From NCBI GenBank assembly GCA_965228895.1, contig OZ245842.1, positions 4,544,001 through 4,608,000 on the forward strand: DNA of 64,000 bases, given 5' to 3'. Within the stretch, counting starts at the first letter, position 1. Each line of letters begins with the position of its first letter. Positions 10,503-22,024 of this stretch are shown piece by piece. Made by a program: the position numbers and the translations under genes. The notes below the pieces were generated by a model. The model worked only from the letters and a program-made list of their open reading frames with translations. It had not been told where the DNA came from and made no database searches. Origin of the DNA: Alphaproteobacteria bacterium (lineage in GTDB: Bacteria > Pseudomonadota > Alphaproteobacteria > SP197).

Positions 10503-10826
10503 GTGCAGGCACAGGCAGTTGCGTTGTCGTTGGCCTTGGGTTCGGCGGTTTGTTACGTCGTCGCGACCTATGGCATGAAGTTGTTTTCGACCAGTGCGTC
10601 GGTTACCGCGTTTTTCATCATCGCGTTTACCTTGGCGGGTGCCGCAACGTTGGAAATCTTCGCGCTCAAGATCGAGCGTGTCGGTTTCATGTACATCGCC
10701 ATCCTGGGCATCGAAGTGGTGCTCATCGCGTTGGTGTCGATTTTCATTCTGGGTGAATCGTTCTCAACCAGAGAGCTTGCCGGCCTGGGCGGCATCATCA
10801 TCGGCTTGGCGTTGTTAAGCGTGTGA
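10503..10826 (+). CDS. Small 4-TM SMR/DMT-like membrane protein
   Basis: 107 aa, four hydrophobic helices, LGESFS...GLGGIIIG ending typical of SMR/EamA. Confidence 0.7.
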   Translation: MQAQAVALSLALGSAVCYVVATYGMKLFSTSASVTAFFIIAFTLAGAATLEIFALKIERVGFMYIAILGIEVVLIALVSIFILGESFSTRELAGLGGIIIGLALLSV

Positions 10827-10906
10827 TGGCGCTTGACCTCGCTGGTCCCGGGGCGCCTCGCTGACGGGCCGCCCCGGGAACCTCATGCAAAAGCGATGGC
10901 GTCGCC

Positions 10907-11521
10907 TCAGGGCGTGTCGGACGTTGAAGGCCGCAGGCGGCGCACGGCGTGCCACAGTGCCGGCACGATACAGGCGGCAAGCGCGATCTTGATGAGATCG
11001 GTCACGATGAAGGGCCCGACGCCATAGGCGAACGCCTTGTCGATCCCGAACAGGTAGGCGAGCCAAAGGGCGCCGAGCGCCAGCAGGGCAACCTCGGCCA
11101 CCAGCATGACGCCGAACAGGCGAAACGGATTGCGGTCCCAGCCCTTGTCAGCGGCCCAGCCGACCATGGCGGCGGCGATGACATAGCCGACCAGATAACC
11201 GCCGGTCGGGCCGACCATATAGGCAACGCCGATGCCACGCTCCGGCGTGCCCTGAAACACCGGCAAGCCAAGCGCGCCCTCCAAGAGATAAAGCGCCACC
11301 GTCGCGACCGCCAACCGCCTGCCGAATGCCGCAGCGATGGTGAAAAGCGCCAGCGTCTGCAGCGACGCATCGACCGGCCACAACGGCACCTTGACCTTGG
11401 CCGAAAGCGCCAGCACGGCCGTGCCAAGCAGCGCCAGCAGCGCGTACCAGGCAAGCCGCCGGACCGTCTCGTGAGGAACAAAGGTATCGATCAGGGAGCG
11501 GGGCTCCGCGGAAACTGTCAT
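10907..11521 (-). CDS. bioY: Biotin transporter BioY
   Basis: PVDASLQT, GALGLPVF, GPTGGYLVG, PFIVTDLIK motifs. Confidence 0.92.
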   Translation of the reverse strand: MTVSAEPRSLIDTFVPHETVRRLAWYALLALLGTAVLALSAKVKVPLWPVDASLQTLALFTIAAAFGRRLAVATVALYLLEGALGLPVFQGTPERGIGVAYMVGPTGGYLVGYVIAAAMVGWAADKGWDRNPFRLFGVMLVAEVALLALGALWLAYLFGIDKAFAYGVGPFIVTDLIKIALAACIVPALWHAVRRLRPSTSDTP

Positions 11522-11666
11522 GGCACATCCTAAGGTTGAAGGCGGCGGCGGGCGCTCAGATAGAACAGCCGCGGCAGCCAACGCAAGAGCCGATTGATTG
11601 AGGACGTGATACCGACCGGCCGCCCAACTGGCACCACCCGGCGGATTCTGATATCCCGTTCTGAAC

Positions 11667-11743
11667 GCGCCCGTAGCTCAGCCGGATAGAGCACAGGATT
11701 CCTAATCCTGGGGTCGCAGGTTCGAGTCCTGCCGGGCGCGCCA
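11667..11743 (+). tRNA. tRNA-Arg (anticodon CCT)
   Basis: GCGCCCG/CGGGCGC acceptor stem; D-arm TAGCTCAGCCGGATAGAGC; anticodon arm CAGGA-TTCCTAA-TCCTG; T-arm GTTCGAGTC; encoded CCA. Confidence 0.97.
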
Positions 11744-11838
11744 TCGATCACAACCGGGTCAGGATCGCGAGGGCAAGGATTTCGTGAGGCCCGGTGCGTG
11801 CTATCTTCGGCGTCTTAGTCAACCTGGGCAGCCCCCTT

Positions 11839-12093
11839 ATGGCGAACATCACGGTCAAACTCTTTGCCTCGCTGGGCGAGTACCTGCCGCCCGAAGCCAA
11901 GGACAACGCCATCATGATCGCGCTGCCCAAAGACGGCACCGTCGGCGCGGCGATCGACGAACTGAAGGTGCCGACCGAACGCTGCCATCTGGTGCTGCTG
12001 AACGGCGTCTTCGTGCCACCGGCCCAGCGCGCATCGGCGGCGCTGGCGGATGGCGATACGGTCGCGATCTGGCCCCCGGTCGCCGGCGGTTGA
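11839..12093 (+). CDS. moaD: MoaD/ThiS family sulfur carrier
   Basis: VKLFASL start; DGDTVAIWPPVAGG C-terminus. Confidence 0.88.
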   Translation: MANITVKLFASLGEYLPPEAKDNAIMIALPKDGTVGAAIDELKVPTERCHLVLLNGVFVPPAQRASAALADGDTVAIWPPVAGG

Positions 12094-12134
12094 CTGGTTC
12101 CTCGCGCGAAACAACCGGGCGTGTCGTCAAGGAC

Positions 12135-12401
12135 ATGGCCCTGACGCCGGCCGATTTCGTTCGTCTGCTGCCCCGGGCACTTGACGGCTGGGACTATGAG
12201 GCAGGCCCTGGCGGGGCGACCATCGGGACCGCCGAGCGCGGCGTCACAATTACACTGACCGAGATGCCGCGGCGCGTGATCACAAGCCTCTTGAGCATCG
12301 AGCTCAGCAAGGTGGACATTGCCTTTCACGGCCTCGACCCTGACGAGCAAAAAAGTTTCCTAGAGCGCTTCGACCGGACCTTCCAGCGTGGCGGCGGTTA
12401 G
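12135..12401 (+). CDS. Hypothetical protein in the AOR cluster, ending FQRGGG
   Basis: Fills the gap between moaD and the ferredoxin on the same strand; start uncertain. Confidence 0.65.
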   Translation: MALTPADFVRLLPRALDGWDYEAGPGGATIGTAERGVTITLTEMPRRVITSLLSIELSKVDIAFHGLDPDEQKSFLERFDRTFQRGGG

Positions 12402-12538
12402 ATCCGCCGGGCCCGCGCCCCGGCCGGGACTGCCACATCACGAAACCGCCCCGGCCCCGGATAGACATTTCCCTCCGCGTCCCTGTTTCGTCTAGTATGC
12501 CTCTCCAAGAGCAATACATGGGGCAAGAAGGGGCAATC

Positions 12539-13018
12539 ATGCACAAATCACTGCTCATCGATCCTGAGAAATGCACCGGCTGTTTGCAGTGCGAAATGGC
12601 CTGTTCGCTGGACAACGAAGGGGTCTTCAACCCAACGAAATCACGCATCAAGGTCTTCCGGTTTCACGACCAGGGGCGCGCGGTGCCCTATACCTGCACC
12701 CAGTGCGCGGAGGCCTGGTGCGCCGAGGCCTGCCCGGTCGATGCGCTCGTCCGCAGCAAGGCGACCGGCGCGGTCGAGGTGCTGAACGACGTCTGTGTCG
12801 GCTGCAAGGTCTGCACCATCGCCTGCCCCTTCGGCACCATCAACTACAACCAGGCAACCGGCAAGGTGATCAAGTGCGATCTGTGCGAAGGCGATCCCGA
12901 GTGCGCCAAGGCCTGCCCGACCGAGGCGATCACCTATGTGGACGCCAACTGGACCGGCTTGGACAAGATGCGCCAGTGGGCCGACAAGACCGACAACGCC
13001 CCCCAGGCTTCGGCGTAG
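12539..13018 (+). CDS. aorA: 4Fe-4S polyferredoxin subunit of aldehyde oxidoreductase
   Basis: Four Cys clusters: CTGCLQC, CTQC..CP, CVGCKVC..CP, KCDLC..CP. Confidence 0.9.
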   Translation: MHKSLLIDPEKCTGCLQCEMACSLDNEGVFNPTKSRIKVFRFHDQGRAVPYTCTQCAEAWCAEACPVDALVRSKATGAVEVLNDVCVGCKVCTIACPFGTINYNQATGKVIKCDLCEGDPECAKACPTEAITYVDANWTGLDKMRQWADKTDNAPQASA

Positions 13019-13040
13019 AGAGATAGAGGGAGACGAGATC

Positions 13041-14888
13041 ATGGCATGGACAGGACAGATCCTGAGAGTCGACCTGACGAACGGCACCTGCAAGGCCGAA
13101 CCTCTCAACATGGAATGGGCGCGCAAGTATCTGGGCCAACGCGGCCTCGCGACCAAATATCTGACGGAGGAGATCGATCCCAAGGTCGACCCGATGTCGC
13201 CCGACAACAAGATGATCATGACGACCGGCCCGTTGACCGGCACCTGCGCCTCGACCGCCGGCCGTTATTCGGTCGTCACCAAAGGCGCGCTGACCGGCGC
13301 GATCGCGTGCTCGAACTCCGGCGGCTTCTTCGGCAACGAAATGAAGAACGCCGGCTGGGACATGGTCATCTTCGAGGGCAAGTCGCCCAACCCGGTCTAC
13401 ATGCTGATCGAAGATGACGCCGCCCAGCTGATCGACGCCGGCGACTACTGGGGCAAGTCGTGCTGGGATACCGAAGAAGGCATCAAGGAAAAGCACGGTG
13501 ATCCCCTGATCCGCGTCGCCTCGATCGGCGTCTCCGGCGAAAAGGGCGTCAAGATCGCCTGCGTCGTCAACGACATGGACCGTGCGGCCGGGCGTTCCGG
13601 CGTCGGCGCAGTGATGGGTTCGAAGAACCTGAAGGCCGTCGCCATCCGCGGCACCAAAGGCGTTCCGGTCAAGGACACCAAGGCCTTCATGGCCGCCACC
13701 GCCGCCGGCAAGGAAGTCCTGGCCGGCAACGCGGTGACCGGCGAGGGCCTGCCGGCTTATGGCACCCAGGTCTTGATGAACGTGATCAACGAGACCGGCG
13801 CGTTGCCGACCCGCAACCACCGGGACGTGCAGTTCGAAGGCGCCGGCGACATCTCGGCCGAGGCCATGGTCGCCAAGCGCGACAGCGACGGCAAGGCGAA
13901 CCTGATCACCAACGCCGCGTGTTTCGCCTGCACCATCGCGTGCGGGCGCGTGTCGCAGATCGAGCGCACCCACTATACGGTGAAGGATCGCCCGCAATAC
14001 CAGAAGGTCTCCGGCGGTCTGGAGTACGAAGCGGCCTGGGCCCTGGGCGCGGCGACAGGCGTCAACGATCTGGACGCGCTGACCTTCGCCAACTTCATCT
14101 GCAACGAGCAGGGCATGGACCCGATCTCGCTCGGCGCCACGGTTGGTGCGGCGATGGAGCTTTATGAAGACGGCGTGCTGACCACCGCGCAGACCGGCGG
14201 CATCGAGCTCAAGTTCGGCAGCGCCGAAGCGCTGACGACGGTCACCGAGCAATGCGGCCTGGGCGAAGGTTTCGGTGCTGAGATCGGCCTCGGCTCGAAG
14301 CTCTTCTGCGAGAAGTACGGCAAGCCTGAACTCTCCATGAGCGTCAAGGGCCAGGAGTTCCCGGCCTATGATTCCCGTGGCATTCAGGGCATGGGTCTGG
14401 CCTACGCCACCTCCAACCGCGGTGCCTGCCATCTGCGCGGCTATACGGTGGCATCGGAAGTCCTCGGCATTCCCGAAAAGACCGACCCCTTGGTCCCGGA
14501 CGGCAAGGCCGGCCTGGTCAAGGCGTTCCAGGACGCGACGGCGGTCTTCGATTCGGCCGGCATCTGCATCTTCACCTCGTTCGCCTGGACCCTCGACGAC
14601 GTAGCGCCGCAGATCGACGCGGCCTGCGAAGGCGAGTGGACCGTCGACTACCTCTTGGAGGTCGGCGAGCGAATCTGGAACATGGAGCGGCAGTTCAACC
14701 TGGCGGCCGGTTTCACCGGCAAGGACGACAACCTGCCGCAACGGCTCCTGAAGGACGCGGCCAAGACCGGCCCGGCCGAAGGCCTGACCAACCAGCTCGA
14801 CAAGATGCTGCCGGAATACTACGAGGCACGCGGCTGGACCCCGGACGGCGTGCCGACCAACGAGACGCTCAGCCGCCTGGCGGTCTGA
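13041..14888 (+). CDS. aorB: Aldehyde:ferredoxin oxidoreductase (tungstopterin AOR family) catalytic subunit
   Basis: ILRVDLT; GRSGVGAVMGSKNLKA; CFACTIAC; EYEA; SNRGACH; EYYEARGW. Confidence 0.95.
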   Translation: MAWTGQILRVDLTNGTCKAEPLNMEWARKYLGQRGLATKYLTEEIDPKVDPMSPDNKMIMTTGPLTGTCASTAGRYSVVTKGALTGAIACSNSGGFFGNEMKNAGWDMVIFEGKSPNPVYMLIEDDAAQLIDAGDYWGKSCWDTEEGIKEKHGDPLIRVASIGVSGEKGVKIACVVNDMDRAAGRSGVGAVMGSKNLKAVAIRGTKGVPVKDTKAFMAATAAGKEVLAGNAVTGEGLPAYGTQVLMNVINETGALPTRNHRDVQFEGAGDISAEAMVAKRDSDGKANLITNAACFACTIACGRVSQIERTHYTVKDRPQYQKVSGGLEYEAAWALGAATGVNDLDALTFANFICNEQGMDPISLGATVGAAMELYEDGVLTTAQTGGIELKFGSAEALTTVTEQCGLGEGFGAEIGLGSKLFCEKYGKPELSMSVKGQEFPAYDSRGIQGMGLAYATSNRGACHLRGYTVASEVLGIPEKTDPLVPDGKAGLVKAFQDATAVFDSAGICIFTSFAWTLDDVAPQIDAACEGEWTVDYLLEVGERIWNMERQFNLAAGFTGKDDNLPQRLLKDAAKTGPAEGLTNQLDKMLPEYYEARGWTPDGVPTNETLSRLAV

Positions 14889-14904
14889 TCCTGCATTAAG
14901 CTAG

Positions 14905-14938
14905 CGCGGGCGCTTCCCTAGGGGAGCGCCCGCGTTTT
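14905..14938 (+). terminator. Intrinsic terminator after aorB, between convergent aorB and torT
   Basis: CGCGGGCGCTTCCC-TA-GGGGAGCGCCCGCG stem followed by TTTT. Confidence 0.75.
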
Positions 14939-16015
14939 CTATTCCACCACAAAGGTCGGCGTGAACGAGGCGGGCGCAAGCGACTCGGTCGTGCCGATGA
15001 CGTCGACATTGTCCGGCGTCACCATCTGGATCGCCGGGCCGACGTGCAGGATCTTCAGCTCGCCCTCCAGCATGCGCACCGCCTGGTCGATGCCGAGGCG
15101 GCCCTGCAGCACCGGGAAATCAGTCGGGGCGGCGAGGATGCGTTCGCGCTTGATGCCGCGGTAGACCGCGTGGGTGAAGTAGTCGGCCAGGACCTGGATG
15201 TCGTCGGAGAGACCACGCGCGCGTAAGACGCTCACCGCCGCCTCGGCGGTCACGGCGCTGCCGACGATGTAGTCGACATCCGGGCGTTCCTCGAGCGCCT
15301 CTTCGACCAGGATCAGCTGGATTTCCTTGCCGGTGTCGCCGTACTTGGTGACGACGATCTCAGCCGAGCTCGCCTCGAGCCCGCCGCGGAACCCCTCCTC
15401 GACGAACGGCACCCAACCCGAGCCGTCGGGTCCGGGGAACCACGCGACCTTGACCGGATCCGAGCCCGCCGGATGCCGTTCGGCCAGATAGTCGCCGACC
15501 ATGCGGCCCATGGTCACCCACCACACGCCGGTCTTGGCCGTGACGCCGGGATCGGCGATATCGTTGACGACGGCGATGACGGGGATGTCGGCGGCGATCT
15601 CCAGCACCGTCTCGGTCAGGCCGTCGAAACTGACCGTGCCCAGCAACAGGATGTCCGCGTTCTCCGAGCATTCGCGGACCTGGGCGATCTGGCGCTCGAC
15701 ATTGGGGTAACCACCGGCCTCGACGACTTCGAGGTGAACGCCCAGCCGGCGCGCCTCCTCGACCATGCCGTAGTTGACGGAAATCCAATAGGAGTCCTTC
15801 AGGTGCGGATAGGAGGCACAGATGCGCCACGGCTGGGACACCGCCGCCAACGGCTCATAATCAAGCGTCGTCGACGGGCTGCGGTAGTTGAACGGCTCCG
15901 ACCACGCCTCGACGCTCCAGGTCTCCTGGGCGTGAGCAGGGCCCACACCCAGCACCAGCCCACAGACCGCGAGAACGCTTAACCTGGCGATGCGTTTTCG
16001 GTAAACCGAGATCAT
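14939..16015 (-). CDS. torT: Periplasmic TMAO-binding sensor protein TorT
   Basis: YPHLKDSYWISVNYGMVEEA, EAGGY, WFPGP and DYIVGSAV signatures; signal peptide. Confidence 0.93.
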   Translation of the reverse strand: MISVYRKRIARLSVLAVCGLVLGVGPAHAQETWSVEAWSEPFNYRSPSTTLDYEPLAAVSQPWRICASYPHLKDSYWISVNYGMVEEARRLGVHLEVVEAGGYPNVERQIAQVRECSENADILLLGTVSFDGLTETVLEIAADIPVIAVVNDIADPGVTAKTGVWWVTMGRMVGDYLAERHPAGSDPVKVAWFPGPDGSGWVPFVEEGFRGGLEASSAEIVVTKYGDTGKEIQLILVEEALEERPDVDYIVGSAVTAEAAVSVLRARGLSDDIQVLADYFTHAVYRGIKRERILAAPTDFPVLQGRLGIDQAVRMLEGELKILHVGPAIQMVTPDNVDVIGTTESLAPASFTPTFVVE

Positions 16016-16069
16016 GGGCTATCATGGCATACCGGCTTCACGACACGAAAGCCGGACGGGAGGCATAAC

Positions 16070-19027
<2,958 letters not shown>

Positions 19028-19032
19028 CGACG

Positions 19033-19737
19033 CTACATGTGATCGCCCGCGAAAATGTAACCTTCGCCATGGGCGGTGATGATCAGCTCCGGGTTTTTCG
19101 GATCGTTCTCCAGCTTGCGCCGTAGCCGGCGCACCAGAACGTCGACCGTGCGGTCGTTCGGCGTCTCGACCCGATGGGTCACATGGTTCAACAAACGCTC
19201 GCGCGCCATGACCGTGCCGGGATGATCGGTGAATGCGCAGAGCAGCTCGAACTCCGCGCGGGTCAGTGACGTCTTTCGGCCCTCAGGTGATGTGACGGTG
19301 CGCGTACGCATATCGAACTGCCAGCCGGAGAAACGCCGGACCTCCTGATGGTCGCCCGCCGACCGGCGCGTTCGCCGCAGCAGGTTCTTGACCCTGGCCA
19401 TGACCTCGCGCGGGTTGAACGGTTTGGTGATGTAGTCGTCGGCGCCCATCTCTAAACCGACGATGCGGTCGACCTCGTCGGTCCGGCCCGACACGAAGAT
19501 AATGCCGATATCCGAACGGCGCCGGATCCGGCGCGTCAGCTCCAGGCCATCTTCACCCGGCAGGTTGATGTCGAGCAGCAAGAGATCCGGCATGTCCGAC
19601 AGCAGCACCCGCTGCATCGCCTTGCCGTCGGCCGCCTCGGTGACCCGATAGCCGGCGACCTCCAGGTAGCTGGTCAACTTCGCCCGCGTGACGTCATCGT
19701 CTTCGACGACCAGGATATGAAACCTCTCCGCGTTCAC
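19033..19737 (-). CDS. torR: OmpR-family response regulator TorR
   Basis: HILVVEDD, LLDINLPGEDGL, RTVDVLVRRLR, IITAHGEGY; GTG start inferred. Confidence 0.9.
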   Translation of the reverse strand: MNAERFHILVVEDDDVTRAKLTSYLEVAGYRVTEAADGKAMQRVLLSDMPDLLLLDINLPGEDGLELTRRIRRRSDIGIIFVSGRTDEVDRIVGLEMGADDYITKPFNPREVMARVKNLLRRTRRSAGDHQEVRRFSGWQFDMRTRTVTSPEGRKTSLTRAEFELLCAFTDHPGTVMARERLLNHVTHRVETPNDRTVDVLVRRLRRKLENDPKNPELIITAHGEGYIFAGDHM

Positions 19738-19758
19738 GGTCCGCGCCCATCTCCCTCG

Positions 19759-19821
19759 TTTTTCATATATTTTCACAAAATAGTGCGGCCTGTACACAAC
19801 TGGAGCGCTCGTTGTTCAACA
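19759..19821 (+). promoter_or_regulatory. Four tor-box-like direct repeats upstream of tmoX
   Basis: TTTTTCATAT, ATTTTCACAA, CTGTACACAA and TTGTTCAACA, each 6-8/10 versus CTGTTCATAT; TATCCT -10-like hexamer at 19831. Confidence 0.55.
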
Positions 19822-19910
19822 CCGCCGTCCTATCCTCAATTCGCTGAACAAGGCGCCCCAGGGCAAGGGCCCGATCAAATCAGCGGGGCGCAAGACTGAG
19901 GAGGCAAAGA

Positions 19911-20870
19911 ATGGGTGAGTTTAAGAGAGCCATTGGCGTGGCGGCTCTGGGAGCCGTGCTCGGCCTGTCGTCCACGGCATGGGCCGATTCGACCGACCCG
20001 ATCAAAATTCCGATCCACAACTGGTCGAGTCAGATCGTCGGCGCGGAGATTGTCGGCAAGATTCTGAACGATGCGGGATATGAGGTCGAATACGTTCCGG
20101 CCGACAGCCAGGTCGTCTACACCTCCATGTGCGAGGGCGATATCGACCTGGTCCACGAGGTCTGGCAGGGCGCGTTCGGCGTCGCTTTCGAGGCGGTCGT
20201 CGACGAAGGCTGCGTGGTCGACGCCGCGACCCACGACGCCAAGACCCGCGAGGAATGGTGGTATCCGGCCTATGTCGAGGAAATCTGCCCCGGCCTGCCC
20301 GATTGGGAAGCGCTGAACGCGTGCGCCGCAGAGTTCTCGACCCCGGAAACCGCGCCGAACGGCCGTTTTCTGGGCGGTCCGGTGGATTGGCTGAAGCATG
20401 ACCAGGAACGTGTCGACGCACTCGGCATGGACTTCCAGGTCGTTAACGCCGGTTCGGCAGCCGCACTCTGGGCCGAGCTTGATTCGGCATCAGCCCGCAA
20501 CGAGCCGATCGTGCTGTTCAACTGGACGCCGAACTTCATCGAGGCGGTCTATGACGGCAAGTTCGTCGAGTTCCCCGAATACGGCGAAGGCTGCCTGGAC
20601 GATCCGTCCTGGGGCATGAACCCGGATTCGACCTATGACTGCGGCAATCCCAAAGGCGGTTACCTGAAGATTGGCGTCTGGGAAGGCATGGAGGAGAAGT
20701 GGCCCGGCGCCTACGCGGTGGTCGAGCAGATCAACTTCTCCAATCTCGACATCGCCGTGATGTCGAAACTGGTCGACGTCGACGGCATGGAGCCGTCCGA
20801 AGCCGCCGACAAGTGGCTCGCCGACAACGAAGACAAGTGGAAGGCCTGGTCAGCTTCCGCCGGGAGCTAA
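19911..20870 (+). CDS. tmoX: TMAO ABC transporter substrate-binding protein
   Basis: PIHNWSSQIV, TREEWWYP, CPGLPDW, GPVDWLKH, NAGSAAALWAE and FNWTPNF match the TmoX clade as remembered. Confidence 0.88.
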   Translation: MGEFKRAIGVAALGAVLGLSSTAWADSTDPIKIPIHNWSSQIVGAEIVGKILNDAGYEVEYVPADSQVVYTSMCEGDIDLVHEVWQGAFGVAFEAVVDEGCVVDAATHDAKTREEWWYPAYVEEICPGLPDWEALNACAAEFSTPETAPNGRFLGGPVDWLKHDQERVDALGMDFQVVNAGSAAALWAELDSASARNEPIVLFNWTPNFIEAVYDGKFVEFPEYGEGCLDDPSWGMNPDSTYDCGNPKGGYLKIGVWEGMEEKWPGAYAVVEQINFSNLDIAVMSKLVDVDGMEPSEAADKWLADNEDKWKAWSASAGS

Positions 20871-20887
20871 GCTCAATCCGGCGACGG

Positions 20888-20950
20888 GGGTACCGCGATG
20901 GGGGGTCGTCGCGGTACCCTCAACCGGCTTGGTAAGCGCGACAAGCCGGT
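20888..20950 (+). other. Two intercistronic stem-loops after tmoX (possible mRNA stabilisers or attenuators)
   Basis: GGGTACCGCGA...TCGCGGTACCC and ACCGGCTTG...CAAGCCGGT. Confidence 0.55.
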
Positions 20951-20998
20951 AAGAAGCGACATCGCGCCCTGGCTTCATGTCATGTTGGGGGCGGATAC

Positions 20999-22024
20999 GT
21001 GGCGGATCCAATTCTTTCCTGTCGAGGCGTCTGGAAGCTGTTTGGCCAGGCGCCGCAACGATTCCTGAGGGAACACAACGGCACGCCGACCCGCGAGGCG
21101 CTGGTCGAGGCCGGTTACATCGCCGCCGTGCGGGATGCCTCGCTGGAGGTCGCGCCGGGCGAAATCCTGATCGTCATGGGCTTAAGCGGCTCCGGCAAGT
21201 CGACCCTGCTGCGCTGCCTGGCGCGCCTGATCGAACCCACCGCCGGCGAGATTGTCTTCGAAGGCGAAGATCTGCTCGGCGCCGATGCCAAGCAGATGAT
21301 CGAACTCAGGCGCCACAAGATGGGCATGGTATTCCAGCATTTCGCGCTGCTGCCCCATCGCACCGTCCTGCAAAACGTCGCCTTCCCGCTCGAGGTTCAG
21401 GGCATTACCCGAATCGAGCGGGAAAAGCGCGCGCTCGAAATGATCGAACTGGTCGGCCTCAACGGCCGCGAAGGCTATTACCCACGTGAACTCTCCGGTG
21501 GCCAGCAGCAGCGCGTCGGTATTGCCCGCTCGCTCGCCGTCGGTCCGGACCTGTGGTTCCTGGACGAACCGTTCTCGGCGCTTGATCCCTTGATCCGGCG
21601 CGAGATGCAGGATGAGTTCCTGCGCCTGCAAAGCGTGCTGCAGAAGACCATCGTCTTCGTCACCCACGATTTCGACGAGGCGCTGCGTCTCGCCGACCGC
21701 ATCGCGATTATGTATGAAGGCGAGATCGTTCAGATCGGCACCGCCGAAGATCTCGTGACGAATCCCGCGACCGACTACGTGCGCGAGTTCACCAACAACA
21801 TCGCCAAGGAGCAGTTCTTGACCGTGCGTCAGGTCATGAACGGCCCGGATGGTGTCTCGCTCGGCGATATCCGTGTCGGCGTCAACGATAAGCTGAGCGA
21901 TGTCGCCCGGAATATCTTGAACGCTGAAGGACCGATTGGCGTCGTCGATCCCGATGGCACGCTGGTCGGTCACCTGACCCGCGCGAAGGTCATGGACGCC
22001 CTGTTCCCGGCCAGGGAGCCGTGA
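20999..22024 (+). CDS. tmoW: Quaternary amine/TMAO ABC transporter ATP-binding protein
   Basis: GLSGSGKST, LSGGQQQRV, DEPFSALDPLIR (ProV-like). Confidence 0.9.
   Translation: MADPILSCRGVWKLFGQAPQRFLREHNGTPTREALVEAGYIAAVRDASLEVAPGEILIVMGLSGSGKSTLLRCLARLIEPTAGEIVFEGEDLLGADAKQMIELRRHKMGMVFQHFALLPHRTVLQNVAFPLEVQGITRIEREKRALEMIELVGLNGREGYYPRELSGGQQQRVGIARSLAVGPDLWFLDEPFSALDPLIRREMQDEFLRLQSVLQKTIVFVTHDFDEALRLADRIAIMYEGEIVQIGTAEDLVTNPATDYVREFTNNIAKEQFLTVRQVMNGPDGVSLGDIRVGVNDKLSDVARNILNAEGPIGVVDPDGTLVGHLTRAKVMDALFPAREP

Noticed and set aside
12930-14741. 603-aa antisense ORF, and similar ones at 8118-9554, 16880-18196, 41782-43242, 46543-48267 and 54627-55766
   Set aside because: Shadow ORFs of real genes, expected in high-GC DNA; no motifs
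11667-14938. tRNA-Arg as the integration site of an AOR/Tor island
   Set aside because: No integrase, no duplicated tRNA 3' end seen, and no composition shift
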